The notes under the pieces are model-generated. The model was given only the letters and a program-made list of their open reading frames with translations. It did not search any database and was not told the origin of the DNA. A stretch of DNA of 64,000 nt. Source: Octopus sinensis (lineage: Eukaryota). Both the position numbers and the translations under genes were made by a program. The stretch covers positions 35,278,001-35,342,000 of the forward strand of contig NC_043014.1 in the NCBI RefSeq assembly GCF_006345805.1, in the 5' to 3' direction. Shown piece by piece: positions 13,050-64,000 of the stretch. The first letter of the stretch is position 1; each line of letters begins with the position of its first letter.

Positions 13050-13860
13050 TTAGTCACAAAACAAAGTACGCCATCAAATATGGTCTTAACAAGCAGGTGG
13101 GTGGGAAAACTGAGTCCAAGTACCTTCTGGATTGGGGAAAATCAACTGTGTACTACACTAGAATTCGAATGCGTATAAACCATGATATATAACGTAAACA
13201 AATATTTAGATGGAAGTCCTGTGGTACATGGCTTACCATCAAGATACTTATGAAGAGGTTATGCAGCTTCTTAAAAACCTTCAGTCCACATTGCTTGTAG
13301 ATTTCAGGAGGGACAGCTTCTCTGCCAGGCGATTTACCAGAAGAGATCTGTTTAACAGAATTTACCACTTCCAGGAAGGTTGGCTCCAGAGACAGTACCG
13401 GTATTTCAGCGTGCTGTGGAATAGACATTATGACGTCATCATCAGTGAATGTTTAGAGTTTAACACAGCTTCGAAGTGATCTTCCCATCGTTTCAGGATG
13501 TCAGATTTGTTAGTCAACAGTGTCTCTCTATTCGAGGAAAAATAGGAGTAACAGTGCTCTTGAGGACCATACATTTTCATGATACCATCATAAAAGGCTT
13601 TAGAATTCCTTCTGTCTGCAGCATCTTGGTGTTCAGTAGCCTTGGAAGACCACCAAGCCTCCTTCATTTGTCTCAGAGTACATTGGACTTGGCCTCTGCA
13701 TTTCTTATAGACATTCTCTTTTCTGGATGAGCTCTTATCATTTACCCATGTTTTGTGAGAGCTGTGCATTTTATCTATCAACTATTGGACACCTGTGTTG
13801 AACCAATCTTGATGTTTACGAACAGGAAACCCAAGAACCTCTACAGATGCAGAGTGCGTC
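13050..13860 (-). mobile_element. RTE-clade LINE fragment (APE-RT linker)
   Basis: WWSSKA..QDAADRRNSKAFYDGI, ILKRWEDHFEAVLN, GKSPGREAVPPEIYK, VPQDF. Confidence 0.88.
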
Positions 13861-14837
13861 GCATAACGCAGAGCCTTCGAAGATGATTCTATGTCGTCAC
13901 TGATATCATCATTGTTTCTATGTTCCTTTCTGTGGAAGAGTGTAGGGTCGAAACGTTAAAGACTTTTTCACTTCCCGAGCGTTGTACTAATACATCTGTT
14001 TGTTGTCTACACCACCTCTCTTCGTCTTTTGTTTTTTTCTTGTGAATTCTCGCTATACACACACACACATACATACATATATACAAACATACACACACAT
14101 ATTGTAATGAAGGAAATATAACAAAGTTAACAATCAATTATGTATTCTTTATTTCAACATAAGTCCTTGGGAAAGGTTCTTCTTGAAATAAATATTAACT
14201 GGATTATCATTGAAAAGAAAAGTTAGTTAGAAACTGTTGATATTATCATATCAAGCACATCCTACTACAGTATATATTCCTGCAGATGTTTTCCCTATAA
14301 AATAGGGTTAACGGACATTCAGAAGAATCATTTCACAGGCGAAATGTTTTGTTTACATTTTACGAAGAACATTTGTTGGTAGGGCTTCCACTAGAAACGT
14401 GGGGTTGAAGCAATTACTAAGATAAAAGTTGTAAACTTTTAATTTTAATTCTATTTTCCGTGTCATTTTCACGCCGTCATTTCTGACGACATGGGCATAC
14501 TAGTTAATGATAATATCTAGTTAATAATGTCTAGTTAATAATAATATTTTTACTCGGAGCAGTCTATCTCTTGCAAGGGAGCATCGTAACTATCATCACA
14601 TCTCCCGTTTTGAGATTTTGACTACTGCGTGAAAGTGCAATTTCTTTTCTTTTTTTTTTCCAGCACCTCTCCCCCCTCTTTTTTTTTATTAGCTTTTGTG
14701 TCTTAATTGTTGCCTGGATTTTAAGGTAGTATTGTTCGTTGCACACAGCACATTTTTTTGTTTTCGTTGTACTAAGCGCTCTTTTCTTTTTTTTTGAAAA
14801 GTTAATATCTTTTTTGTTTAGGTATTACTTCCAGAAA

Positions 14838-15284
14838 GGCGGCGAGCTGGCAGAAACGTTAGCACGTCGGGCGAAACGCTTAGCAGTATTTCGTCTGCTG
14901 TTACGTTCTGAGTTCAAATTCCGTCGAGGTCAACTTTGCCTTTCATCCTTTCGGGGTCGATAAATTAAGTACCAGTTACGCACTTGGGTCGATATAATCG
15001 ACTTAATCCGTTTGTCTGTCCTTGTTTGTCCCCTCTATGTTTAGCCCCTTGTGGGCAGTAAAGAAATAAGAAACATTAGCACGTCGAGCGAAACGCTTAG
15101 CGGTATTTCGTCTGCCGTTACGTTCTGAGTTCAAATTCCGCCGAGGTCGACTTTGCCTTTCATCCTTTCGGGGTCGATAAATTAAGTACCAGTTACGCAC
15201 TTGGGTCGATATAATCGACTTAATCCGTTTGTCTGTCCTTGTTTGTCCCCTCTATGCTTAGCCTCTTGTGGGCAGTAAAAAAAT
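14838..15284 (+). mobile_element. tRNA-derived SINE (family N) dimer
   Basis: A box tggcagaaacgttag, B box gagttcaaattcc, core gcctttcatcctttcggggtcgataaattaagtaccag; 17-bp TSD. Confidence 0.9.
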
Positions 15285-15289
15285 AGGTA

Positions 15290-15850
15290 TTACTTCCAGA
15301 TATTCAGTCTGTTTTCGTTTTCTGAAGCTAGTTCTACGGAGTCCAATATTTCTCGGTGCTGGCACATCTCACAGAAGATTTCTATAGGTATTACCCTTAG
15401 TTCTTCTGTATGTTTCATCTTTAACTGGTTAAGGAATCTCTTATGTTCCGAACATTGTCCTTTAATTGTTACTTTAATGTTACCTAATCTTATGATTACA
15501 CATCCATCTTCCCAGCAATCTTCTTTATCATTTTTCATTTTGGGGTTTTATAAAAGTATTGGTAGGTTTAATTTTATGGTGAGAAAGACGTTAGCTACCC
15601 CAGGATTGTGCGTATTGATAAATGGAATCGTGTGTTAATTAATTTTTTCCTTTGGTTTCCTTAGTTGTGTGATGCTCAGCTTCATTGCCGTTTTAATTCC
15701 ATTGTTTATTAATTCTAAGGGGTATTTCTGTTTTGTTGAGAAGTCTTTGAGCTCATTGAGACTGATTTGACGTATTTTTGGGCCAATTTTGCCCATCCTA
15801 CTTCCTAAGATCTTGAAAGGTCACGTAGCCCATGTGAGAAAATGTGTTTA
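15290..15850 (-). mobile_element. Probable Penelope-like element fragment
   Basis: Degenerate EH...R.I.E-like GIY-YIG C-terminal pattern preceded by KYPLELINNGI linker-like sequence. Confidence 0.4.
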
Positions 15851-16318
15851 TTTAAAAATATGTTGATAGGTATACAATAAGTAGCGAAAGAAGAGGAAGA
15901 GAAAAAATGAAGAAAAAATGCTTTGTTATGAAATTTAATGTTTTGTAGTGAAATGTGGGTTGACCACATTATATTGAAAAGAAACCCCTCTCTTTCACTT
16001 TTTCTCTCCCTCCCCCTCTCTCTCTCTGTCTATCTATCCTTTCCCTATCCTTTACTTTACCTTTTCCCCTCTTTCTTGATTGTTCTGAAACCTCTCTCTC
16101 TGTCTATTTCCTTCCCCTCTTTGCTTTTCTTTCTCTCATTCGTTCTTTTCCCCCACCAAAAAAAAGAGTGAAAAAAAGAAAAAATACATCCAGCTCATAT
16201 AAATGAACAAGAAAGCGTTCTGTCTTTATCATTTTGATTTTGTCTTGACGAGTTTGGTAAACGAACGAAAGCGCTAATAAATAATTATCCAAAAGTCTGA
16301 TTGCCTCCTTTAACTCAA

Positions 16319-16741
16319 TACACACACACACACACACACACACCACACACACACACACACACACAGACACACACAGACACAGACATAGACACAGACACAC
16401 ACACAGACACACACAGACACACACAGACACACACACACACACACACACACAGACACACACAGACACAGACACAGACACACACATAGACACACACACAGAC
16501 ACACACAGACACACACAGACACACACACACACACACACAGACACACACAGACACAGACACACACCACACACACACACACACAGACACACACACAGACACA
16601 GACACACACACACACACAGACACACACACACACAGACACACACAGACACACACAGACACACACACACACACACACACAGACACACACAGACACAGACACA
16701 CACACACACATAGACACACACACACACACACACACCACACA

Positions 16742-16776
<35 letters not shown>
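16319..16776. repeat. Long compound (CA)n/(CAGA) microsatellite
   Basis: Seen directly; one of dozens of (TA)n, (CA)n, (TACA)n, (TATC)n, (TAA)n, (AG)n tracts in the window. Confidence 0.97.
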
Positions 16777-16778
<2 letters not shown>

Positions 16779-17214
16779 ATGCATTCCCATGGAATCACTA
16801 AAAATATAGAAGGCATGACTAATCTAAGGACCACATAAAGAACATCGAAACTTTATTTTCTCTAATGCAACCTTAGGATCTACATCGTTTGTCCAATGTG
16901 GAGAGTATACCACCACCATTGCCCAAACGAGCTTAACATCAAATTCAGAATATTTAGAAGGCCGTGGTCACGTGCCATATGCCCCACTACACAATTCAGG
17001 CTCATAACACGTAAATACACTGCAACACAATTTATTTTCCTCAACAGGCACTGCCCTATATATCATTATCCCAAAACAAATCATAGAAGACAAAGATCCC
17101 ATCAATTTCAAACGATATCGGGACAAATTTCATCAAGGAATACCAGATAAGCCAACTATATCTGAATACATCCCAGAAAGGTGAAAGCCTCTAGTGTGGG
17201 ATGATATCATGTAA

Positions 17215-18002
17215 ATTAGTCAAGCAAAAATAATCCTTTCTATTATAGGCACAAGGCCTGAAATTTTGGAGGAGGAGGCCAGTCGATTAGATCGACCCCA
17301 GTACACAACTGTTACTTGATTTATCGACCCTGAAGGGATGAAAGGCAAAGTCGACCACGGCGGAATTTGAACGCACAACGTAGCGATGGGCAAAATACCT
17401 ATTTCTTTATTACCCACAAGGGGCTAAACACAGAAGGGACAAACAAGGACAGACAAGCGGGTTAAGTCGATTATATCGACCCCAGTGCGTAACTGGTACT
17501 TATTTAACTGACCCTGAAAGGATGAAAGGCAAAGTCGACCTCGGCGGAATTTGAACTCACAGCGTAGCGGCAGACGAAATACCTTTTTTCCTTTACTACT
17601 CACAAGGGGCTAAACACAGAGAGGACAAACAAGGACAGACACATGGATTAAGTCGATTACATCGACCCCAGTGCGTAACTGGTACTTAATTTATCGACCC
17701 CGAAAGGATGAAAGGTAAAGTCAACCTCGGCGGAATTTGAACTCAGAACATAAAGACAGACGAAATACCTATTTCTTTACTACCCACAAGGGACTAAACA
17801 CAGAGAGGACAAACAAGGACAGACAAACGGATTAAGTCGATTATATCGACCTCAGTGCGTAAGTGGTACTTATTTAATCGACCCCGAAAGGATGAAAGGC
17901 AAAGTCGACCTCGGCTGAATTTGAACTCAGTACGTAACGGCAGACGAAATACGGCTACGCATTTCGCCCGGCGTGCTAACGTTTCTGCCAGCTCGCCGCC
18001 TT
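17215..18002 (-). mobile_element. SINE family N multimer (4 units, 3'-most unit with a different tail)
   Basis: Full head at 18002, then ~182-bp units restarting at head nt 48. Confidence 0.9.
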
Positions 18003-19698
18003 AGCCAGCAAAAATAATGACGCTGTAGCATAACAATTAGAAAAAAGAACCGGTTCTGAGATAAAAGTCAGCCATGAGCTACATTTGAAGATATCTGTGG
18101 ACACAGCTGTAAAACTGAAAACTATATATATAGCATAATCTACCTCAATTATAAGTAAAGCTACAACAGGCAAACTAGAAACTATGTATGTGAACAAATG
18201 AGGATAGGCAAGCAGTAAATAACGTCATTCAGAAGCAAGGACATTCCATTTCGAAATTTGAAGTGACAGAAAATTATAGATTTTTCTTTCTTACAAATAC
18301 ATTGGTTAAACATGTAGAAATATTTTTTTCAACAATTTTCCTCAAAACTAAACTACTTTGCTTAAAGGAACAAAATAGCAAACAGAAATAATTTCCATAT
18401 TTTGAACATTCTTTATGGAATAAAAGAGCTAGATTTATGTATTTCGCTTTTATTTTCTCCCTTCTTTTCAGGAAAAGTTGAAAAAAGAACCACTTCATTT
18501 TGACTAAAATATTTTTACCGGTTTTTATTTGTTTTATTGATTCTGTACATTTTCGAGTATTTTTTTTATCATTATCGTTATTATTTTACATATGTGTGAA
18601 TTTTTAATGTTCACGCTGTCATGGAAGAAAATATCTTAAGAGATTCACCGTGAAATTTTAAATTGCTAAATTTGATTTTAGCTTAGAACAATTTTTCACT
18701 CAACACATGGTTTTGTTGATCTGTTAGTGGCGCCAACTCTCTATGATCCCATAACCCTTTCACACGAACGTTATGGTGAATACAATATACATATGATAAT
18801 TCGAATGCGTCACATGGCTTTTCTGTCAGCGTATATTTCGAAAAATGTCACGTGACTGCTTCACCCTATTCAATACGCATCTTTCTAACTCGCATGCTTC
18901 ATGTGAGCCGACTTTTCTCTCCAGAAGAAAATGTACTTGGTTACTTTAACAACCACATAAATTGACTCTCAAGCGCTTGTTATAAAGGTATAAGGATGTG
19001 AAAAGTTAAGCAGTCTTTTCTTTTTTTTTGTTTTGGGAAAATTCAAAGACTTTTATACACAAGCTCGAATACGTTTACTCTTATACATACACATAAACTT
19101 ATACATAAACGATATCTACACGAATTCTGAATAATGTTTTATTACTATTGATATGTGGAGGCACATGGCCTAGTGGTTAGAGCAGCGGACTTGCGGTCGA
19201 GGAAGCGCGCGTTCGAATCTCAGACCTGGCGATGTGTGTGTTTATGAGCGAAACACCTAAGCTCCATGCGGCTCCGACAGAAGGTAATGGCGAACTTCCG
19301 CTGACTCTTTCTTTTCTTGAAATGTGTTTACATTATTTTGGAGGGACGGTTGTGTGTGTGTGTGTGTGTATGTGTGTGTGTGTGTGTGTGTATGTGTGTG
19401 TGTGTGTTGTGTGTGTGTGTATAGGGAGAATTCACGGAAAAAACAAAAGACGAAGACAGGTGGTGTATAAAACAAACAGATGTATTAGTATAACGCTCAG
19501 GAATTGAAAAAGTCTTTTACGTTTCGAGCCTACGCTCTTCCACAGAAAGGAACACGAAAAGAAACAAGGAGAGAAAAAATGTGGGTAGTGGCTACCGATC
19601 TATCATGGCAACTGCCAGACAGAAGGGGCACACAGGAGAGCGAAGAAGTAGGGGAGATAACAAAGTAACGGTGATCCCCAAAACGAAGGTGCGCGCGC

Positions 19699-19739
<41 letters not shown>

Positions 19740-19741
<2 letters not shown>

Positions 19742-21007
19742 GGGGTTGGACAAAATAATGGAAATACCTTGGAATTTCAAACAAATTTATTTTAATATGG
19801 AGCAGGACCGCTTTTGGCAGTAATTACAGCTTAAATTCTATGAGGTATGGACTCGTACAAAGCTTGAATTGTTTCTAAAAGAATTTTTGTCCATTCTTCA
19901 GCTAAAACAGTCTCCAGTTCTTGTAGTGATAATGGTGGAGGATATCGACTCTATACTTTTTTTTCTAAAATGCACCATAAATGTTCAATAATATTGAGAT
20001 CTGGGGACTGTGGTGGCTAGATAAGATGTCCAACTTCACTAGAATGTTTCTCGTGCCATTCAGTAACAACTTCAGCAGTGTGAATTGGTGCATTACCATC
20101 CTGAAAGATTGCGTTTCCCTCCGGAAACAGTTCTGCAGCTATAGGAGAATCTGAGCAGATAAAATGCTTAAATAGTCTGCCACGAAGGGAAACCATTGGG
20201 CCGGCGGATTTCCAAGATATAACCCCTCCACCAACACACCAGGTCATCACAGATCCTCCTCTATGTTTAACAGTTGGAAGAAGACAGTCTGGGTCAAATG
20301 CTTCTTTTGACTGTCCCCGCACGTATACTCGGCCAGTAGTCGGAAATAAGGTAAAGATGGCTCGTCCAAGAAAATAACATTCTTCCGCTGCTCAAGGGGC
20401 CAATTCTGCAGGTTTTTACTCTACTCTAAACACTTTGCAACGTTTGTTTTTGAAGGTAGTGTTTTTCTGATTGCAGCCCTCTCGTGAAATCCGGCTTTTA
20501 GTAGCTCCTGGCGAACAGTTTTTTGTGGAAACTGGGTTCTCGAGCTGGTCATTAAGCTCTGGAGTAATTTTGGGACCTGTACCTTTATGATCCTTTCTAA
20601 CAATTCGTGTAAGAGTTCGATGGTTCATATCTGAAAGTTTTGGTTTTCCTCCTGAGTTTCGTTTCGACGAGAAGGTTTTTCCCTCTTTCTCAAAGCCTGT
20701 CATTACTTTCGAGACAGTACTTCCTGACACACCAAAACATTTCAGCTGTTTTCGTTACGCTGGCGCCTGCTATACGAGCATCAATAATTTGACGTCTTTG
20801 AAAGTCCAATAGATCTGTCATTTTAATGAATTTTAATGAATTTTTTTCTAATATCTGAACAGAAACAGCAATTTTAGCAAACATATTAAGCAATACTAAT
20901 AATAAATAAAAAATCATAAAAATATACTAGCTTTTGACGGTTTTATAGATATTTCAAAATTATGATGCTATGATGGTAGGTGTTTCTATTATTTTGTCCA
21001 AACCCTG
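19740..21007 (-). mobile_element. Near full-length degenerate Tc1-like transposon
   Basis: 29-bp TIRs CAGGGGTTGGACAAAATAATGGAAAyACC; paired-like N-terminus, PTVKHRGGSVM, PPQSPDLNIIE; frameshifts and stops. Confidence 0.92.
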
Positions 21008-21103
<96 letters not shown>

Positions 21104-21398
21104 CTTGAAGGGCTTAGGTAGAAATTCACCCACGGTACTAATTTTTAAAGTTTGGTACTTATTCCGTGGATGTCTTTTGCTGAACCGCAAAGTCACAGAG
21201 ACGTAAACGAGCCAACACCGGCTATGAAGTGATGGTGGTGGTGGTGGTGGTGGTGGGACAACCGCAATCACGAAGATATATACATATATGCTTACATATA
21301 CGTGTACACGCATGCGCACACAAACGACGGTCTTCCACAGTATCCGTCAGTCAGATTCACTCCCAAGCCATTAATCTGCTCTGGGTTATGGCAGGAGA

Positions 21399-21442
<44 letters not shown>

Positions 21443-22224
21443 GCACACATACATACATATAATTAACTTTTCCTTTAAATTAAGATCAACAAAAAATTAT
21501 TCCATCCAGTGAGAGATAAATGTCATATATTATGCACAATATTTGAAATAAGAGTTACTAATAGTTTCTTCTTATTAGGTAGATTTATATGACTTGCGTT
21601 GTGTCTCTAAGCAATATTCAAGCTCTGGACACATGGTTAGTTCTATTTGAAAACCAGAACGCTGGTACATGAAAAACCACGAATAGGGTAAAATGAGATC
21701 AACATCCTTGTTTAACAGCAAGGGAATTGTAATTTCACGACAAATTGTTTCGTAACTTAAAAACATGTAAATAATTTATATTATTATAATTAATAATAAA
21801 TAAATTACTCATGTACCTGTATTAGTGCAAAGTGCAAAAATCCTTCAAAATAATACAGAATTTAAGCTACACATACATACATACATACATACATACATAC
21901 ATACATACATACATACATACGTATATGCATATTTATATATATATAAAACAACCACGTGGATTCTGTTGAGACCAGTAAGAAACAATTATGAACTTTTTTA
22001 TTACACTTAACTTTAAATTTACAGCTATTATGCTTACTCCCCACAAAACACCACCACGTGGATTCTATTGAGATCAGTAAGAAACAATTATGAACTTTTT
22101 TATTACACTTAACTTTTTAAAATATTTTTGATAAGGTTCGTTTTTTCAAGAAGAACCGAAACATGTAAAATTTCTAAGAAAATTAAAATTTATCTTATAT
22201 AGTGGCGTTTTCAAACTTCTTTAT

Positions 22225-22286
<62 letters not shown>

Positions 22287-22388
22287 ATATACACATATAT
22301 GTGTATATAAACGACCCTAGAATTATGTAATTGATAATTATTGCTCTTCATTTTCCCATGTTCTTCTACATTTTCAGAACACCCCAAA

Positions 22389-61450
<39,062 letters not shown>

Positions 61451-62267
61451 GTAAGTAGTTGCCAGATATTGGTCAACCATTCTACTATTCATGTTGATAA
61501 CCATTCACAATCCTGTACTATGTATATCATTAGTCAATCGTTACCACTTCACGTTGTAACATATGTGCATATATATATATATATATATATGTGACCTCGT
61601 GTGTACCATTGGCGATTTTTTTCCTCTGTCTTCCCTTCTCTGGATCTTTCCTTCTCCTATGTTTCCGACGAAGAGCTCCGCTCGAAACGTTAAACCCTCT
61701 TTCATTCCTTCTTTCCTGAGCGTCCAATAATACTATATTTGTTCCACGTCCGAGGGCATTTATACAACCAAATCGGTTAACGGTTATTTTCAATACTTTT
61801 CTCGCTGGATTAAGTGTTCGTTTCTCTTTTTGTCTACTGCAATTTTATTTTGGGATCTTCTATATATATGAAGAATTTTCCTCCGTCTGGCTGTTTTTCT
61901 CTCTGCAAAACGAAGAGTTGCATTATGGAACTGTCATTTTAACGCCGGATGCTCCTGTACCAGATGCTGGATGTGTCGAAACAATTGTTGTGATTAATAA
62001 TATATTCTCGTATATTCCATATTCATTCTTTTATCTTTTATTTGTTATATAAATATTTTTTTCTCTCCTTTTTCTCTCTCCTTTTTTCTCTTCTTTTTTC
62101 TCTTCTAAAGAAGCTGATGCAAATCAGTCTTCTCGCGTTCTTGGTTTTGTGATACTTTGGTCTGATAGCATAGATTCGAAAACGATAGGTGGTAGTAAAC
62201 TGTGCTAGTCATCATCCGTCCTCTGAGCTGTTGAAGATTCTAAGTACGGATAGCGATAGTGCCCGTA

Positions 62268-62301
<34 letters not shown>

Positions 62302-62304
62302 ATA

Positions 62305-62347
<43 letters not shown>

Positions 62348-62639
62348 ATATATATAATATATATATATCAATAATAATAAAGGGTAAAATTAATTAATTA
62401 TTTTACCAAGTTGTTCGGTATGTTAAAAGAACCATTATCGGTAAGCTTAAACAAAAATCTTTATAATTATGAGTATAATTATAATTAAGGTTCAGCAAAA
62501 ATTTACCTCACCACATTCCGAAATTTAGAAAGAGCAGTTAAAACTAACTATTTCACTACCATAAGAAGATTTTCTTATGGTAGTGAACTCTAATTATAAT
62601 TATACTCATAATTATAAAAATGTATATATATATATATCT

Positions 62640-62652
62640 GTTTGTCTGTCTG

Positions 62653-62751
<99 letters not shown>

Positions 62752-62778
62752 GTCTGTCTATTATCTATCTATCTATCT

Positions 62779-62827
<49 letters not shown>

Positions 62828-62852
62828 ATCTCTATCTATCTATCCATCTATC

Positions 62853-62886
<34 letters not shown>

Positions 62887-62906
62887 CATTTATCTATCTA
62901 TCTATC

Positions 62907-62960
<54 letters not shown>

Positions 62961-62963
62961 CAT

Positions 62964-63041
<78 letters not shown>

Positions 63042-63065
63042 ATATATATATATATAATATATATA
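62640..63065. repeat. Long (TATC)n microsatellite
   Basis: Seen directly. Confidence 0.97.
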
Positions 63066-63329
63066 TACGAAGCTTTTTGCATTGGAAGCCCATGCTTTTA
63101 CGCTTTGATTAGTAAGAAAATGTGTTTTCATTTTCGCAAGTTTATGCAGTATATTTCTTTCGATTTTTTTATGAGGGATTATATCCAGTTGTCTCAATAT
63201 TATAATAATATAATAATGAAATTATTGTATACAGTGCTCAGGTGCACCACAACTTGTCAGAAAGTGCATATAAATTACATGCAGTAATGTAGAAATGTCT
63301 GGAAAGCGAACAATGTATGAGTCAGATAC

Positions 63330-63600
63330 ATGCATGTGTGTGTATGGAGAGGAGAAGATCAAGTGTAGTGTTGGCGAATCTCAGGAAGCATGGAAGTTTT
63401 GAAGGATGCAGTGCTCCGACAACTAACAACTGATGCCGGCAGTTTGTTCCATGCTTCAGCAACTCTCAGCGTGAAAAAATGTTTCCTGAAGTCATGGGAG
63501 CTGTGCTGTTTTCTTACTTTGTAAATATGTCCACGGGTGTTAGATGGGTGGAGTTTGAAGAGGTGCTCAGAGTTATTGTTTGTGCGATGGTTGATAATTT
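63330..63600 (-). mobile_element. CR1/L2-type LINE 3' fragment
   Basis: TRGHIYKV...RKHFFTLRVAEAWNKLP...SFK. Confidence 0.85.
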
Positions 63601-64000
63601 TACTTAACAGGTTTCACTATTTAGTCTTTCAAAGTTCGCTGATATATTACTGAACACGGTTCTTTTAGCACTGGCCTATCACCTAATATATTTTTTCAGT
63701 GGAGCTGCTCGCTCGAGTGTAGTTCGGGTAAATGTAATCAATTATCCCGTTCTTTTGTATTTCTCTCTCTTTTCTGTAAGGTCCTCCTTAACGTTAACTG
63801 GGTAATCTGTTGCAGTGTGTTTTATTCTGTTTGTAGGGTTGAAGGTGTGTTTTTATTGTGGCTGTATATTTGATTTTATGCCCCTTTGAGGATCTCAATG
63901 GTCTCCATCACCATTTTTGAGTTTTTCTTTTTATACTTGTTTCTTTTGTTTTTAACTTGCTGTAATACCTCTCTTCTTGTATAGTGTATTCTGCACAATT

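Noticed and set aside
15003-15200. Recurrent ORF MRNWYLIYRPRKDERQSRPRRNLNS... (also 31644, 31861, 39562) and MKGKVDLGG variants
   Set aside because: These are antisense readings of the family N SINE; the recurrence reflects repeat copies, not a gene family.
16104-16834. Long Cys-Val, His-Thr, Tyr-Ile and YLSI ORFs throughout the ORF track
   Set aside because: They are stop-free translations of microsatellites.
16790-17200. Coding-like stretch after the CA tract
   Set aside because: It has multiple stops and no motif I can assign; probably retroelement debris.

Overview
Repeat-saturated, AT-rich animal genomic DNA, most likely an octopus or other coleoid cephalopod (inferred from the tRNA-derived SINE types and extreme microsatellite density). 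There is one 100-N assembly gap at 7476-7575. The only supportable protein-coding gene is on the + strand and was assembled by hand from 18 exons (22389-61450, about 704 aa, C-terminus not identified): signal peptide, five cadherin (EC) repeats, then a phase-1/phase-1 exon that looks like an Ig domain. Everything else is mobile-element debris: Tc1/mariner/maT relics, several MITE families, Helitron-type elements, RTE, CR1, R4/Dong and Penelope-like fragments, at least four SINE families and a 5'-truncated U6 snRNA copy. The most notable items are (1) the cadherin x5 + Ig architecture, (2) about ten minimal hammerhead-ribozyme-like motifs in several short Penelope-like families, one with an intact core, (3) SINE dimers/trimers each bounded by a single target-site duplication with two fixed junctions, and (4) a U6/SINE-tail chimera. 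All family assignments come from motif recognition by eye; no database search was run.
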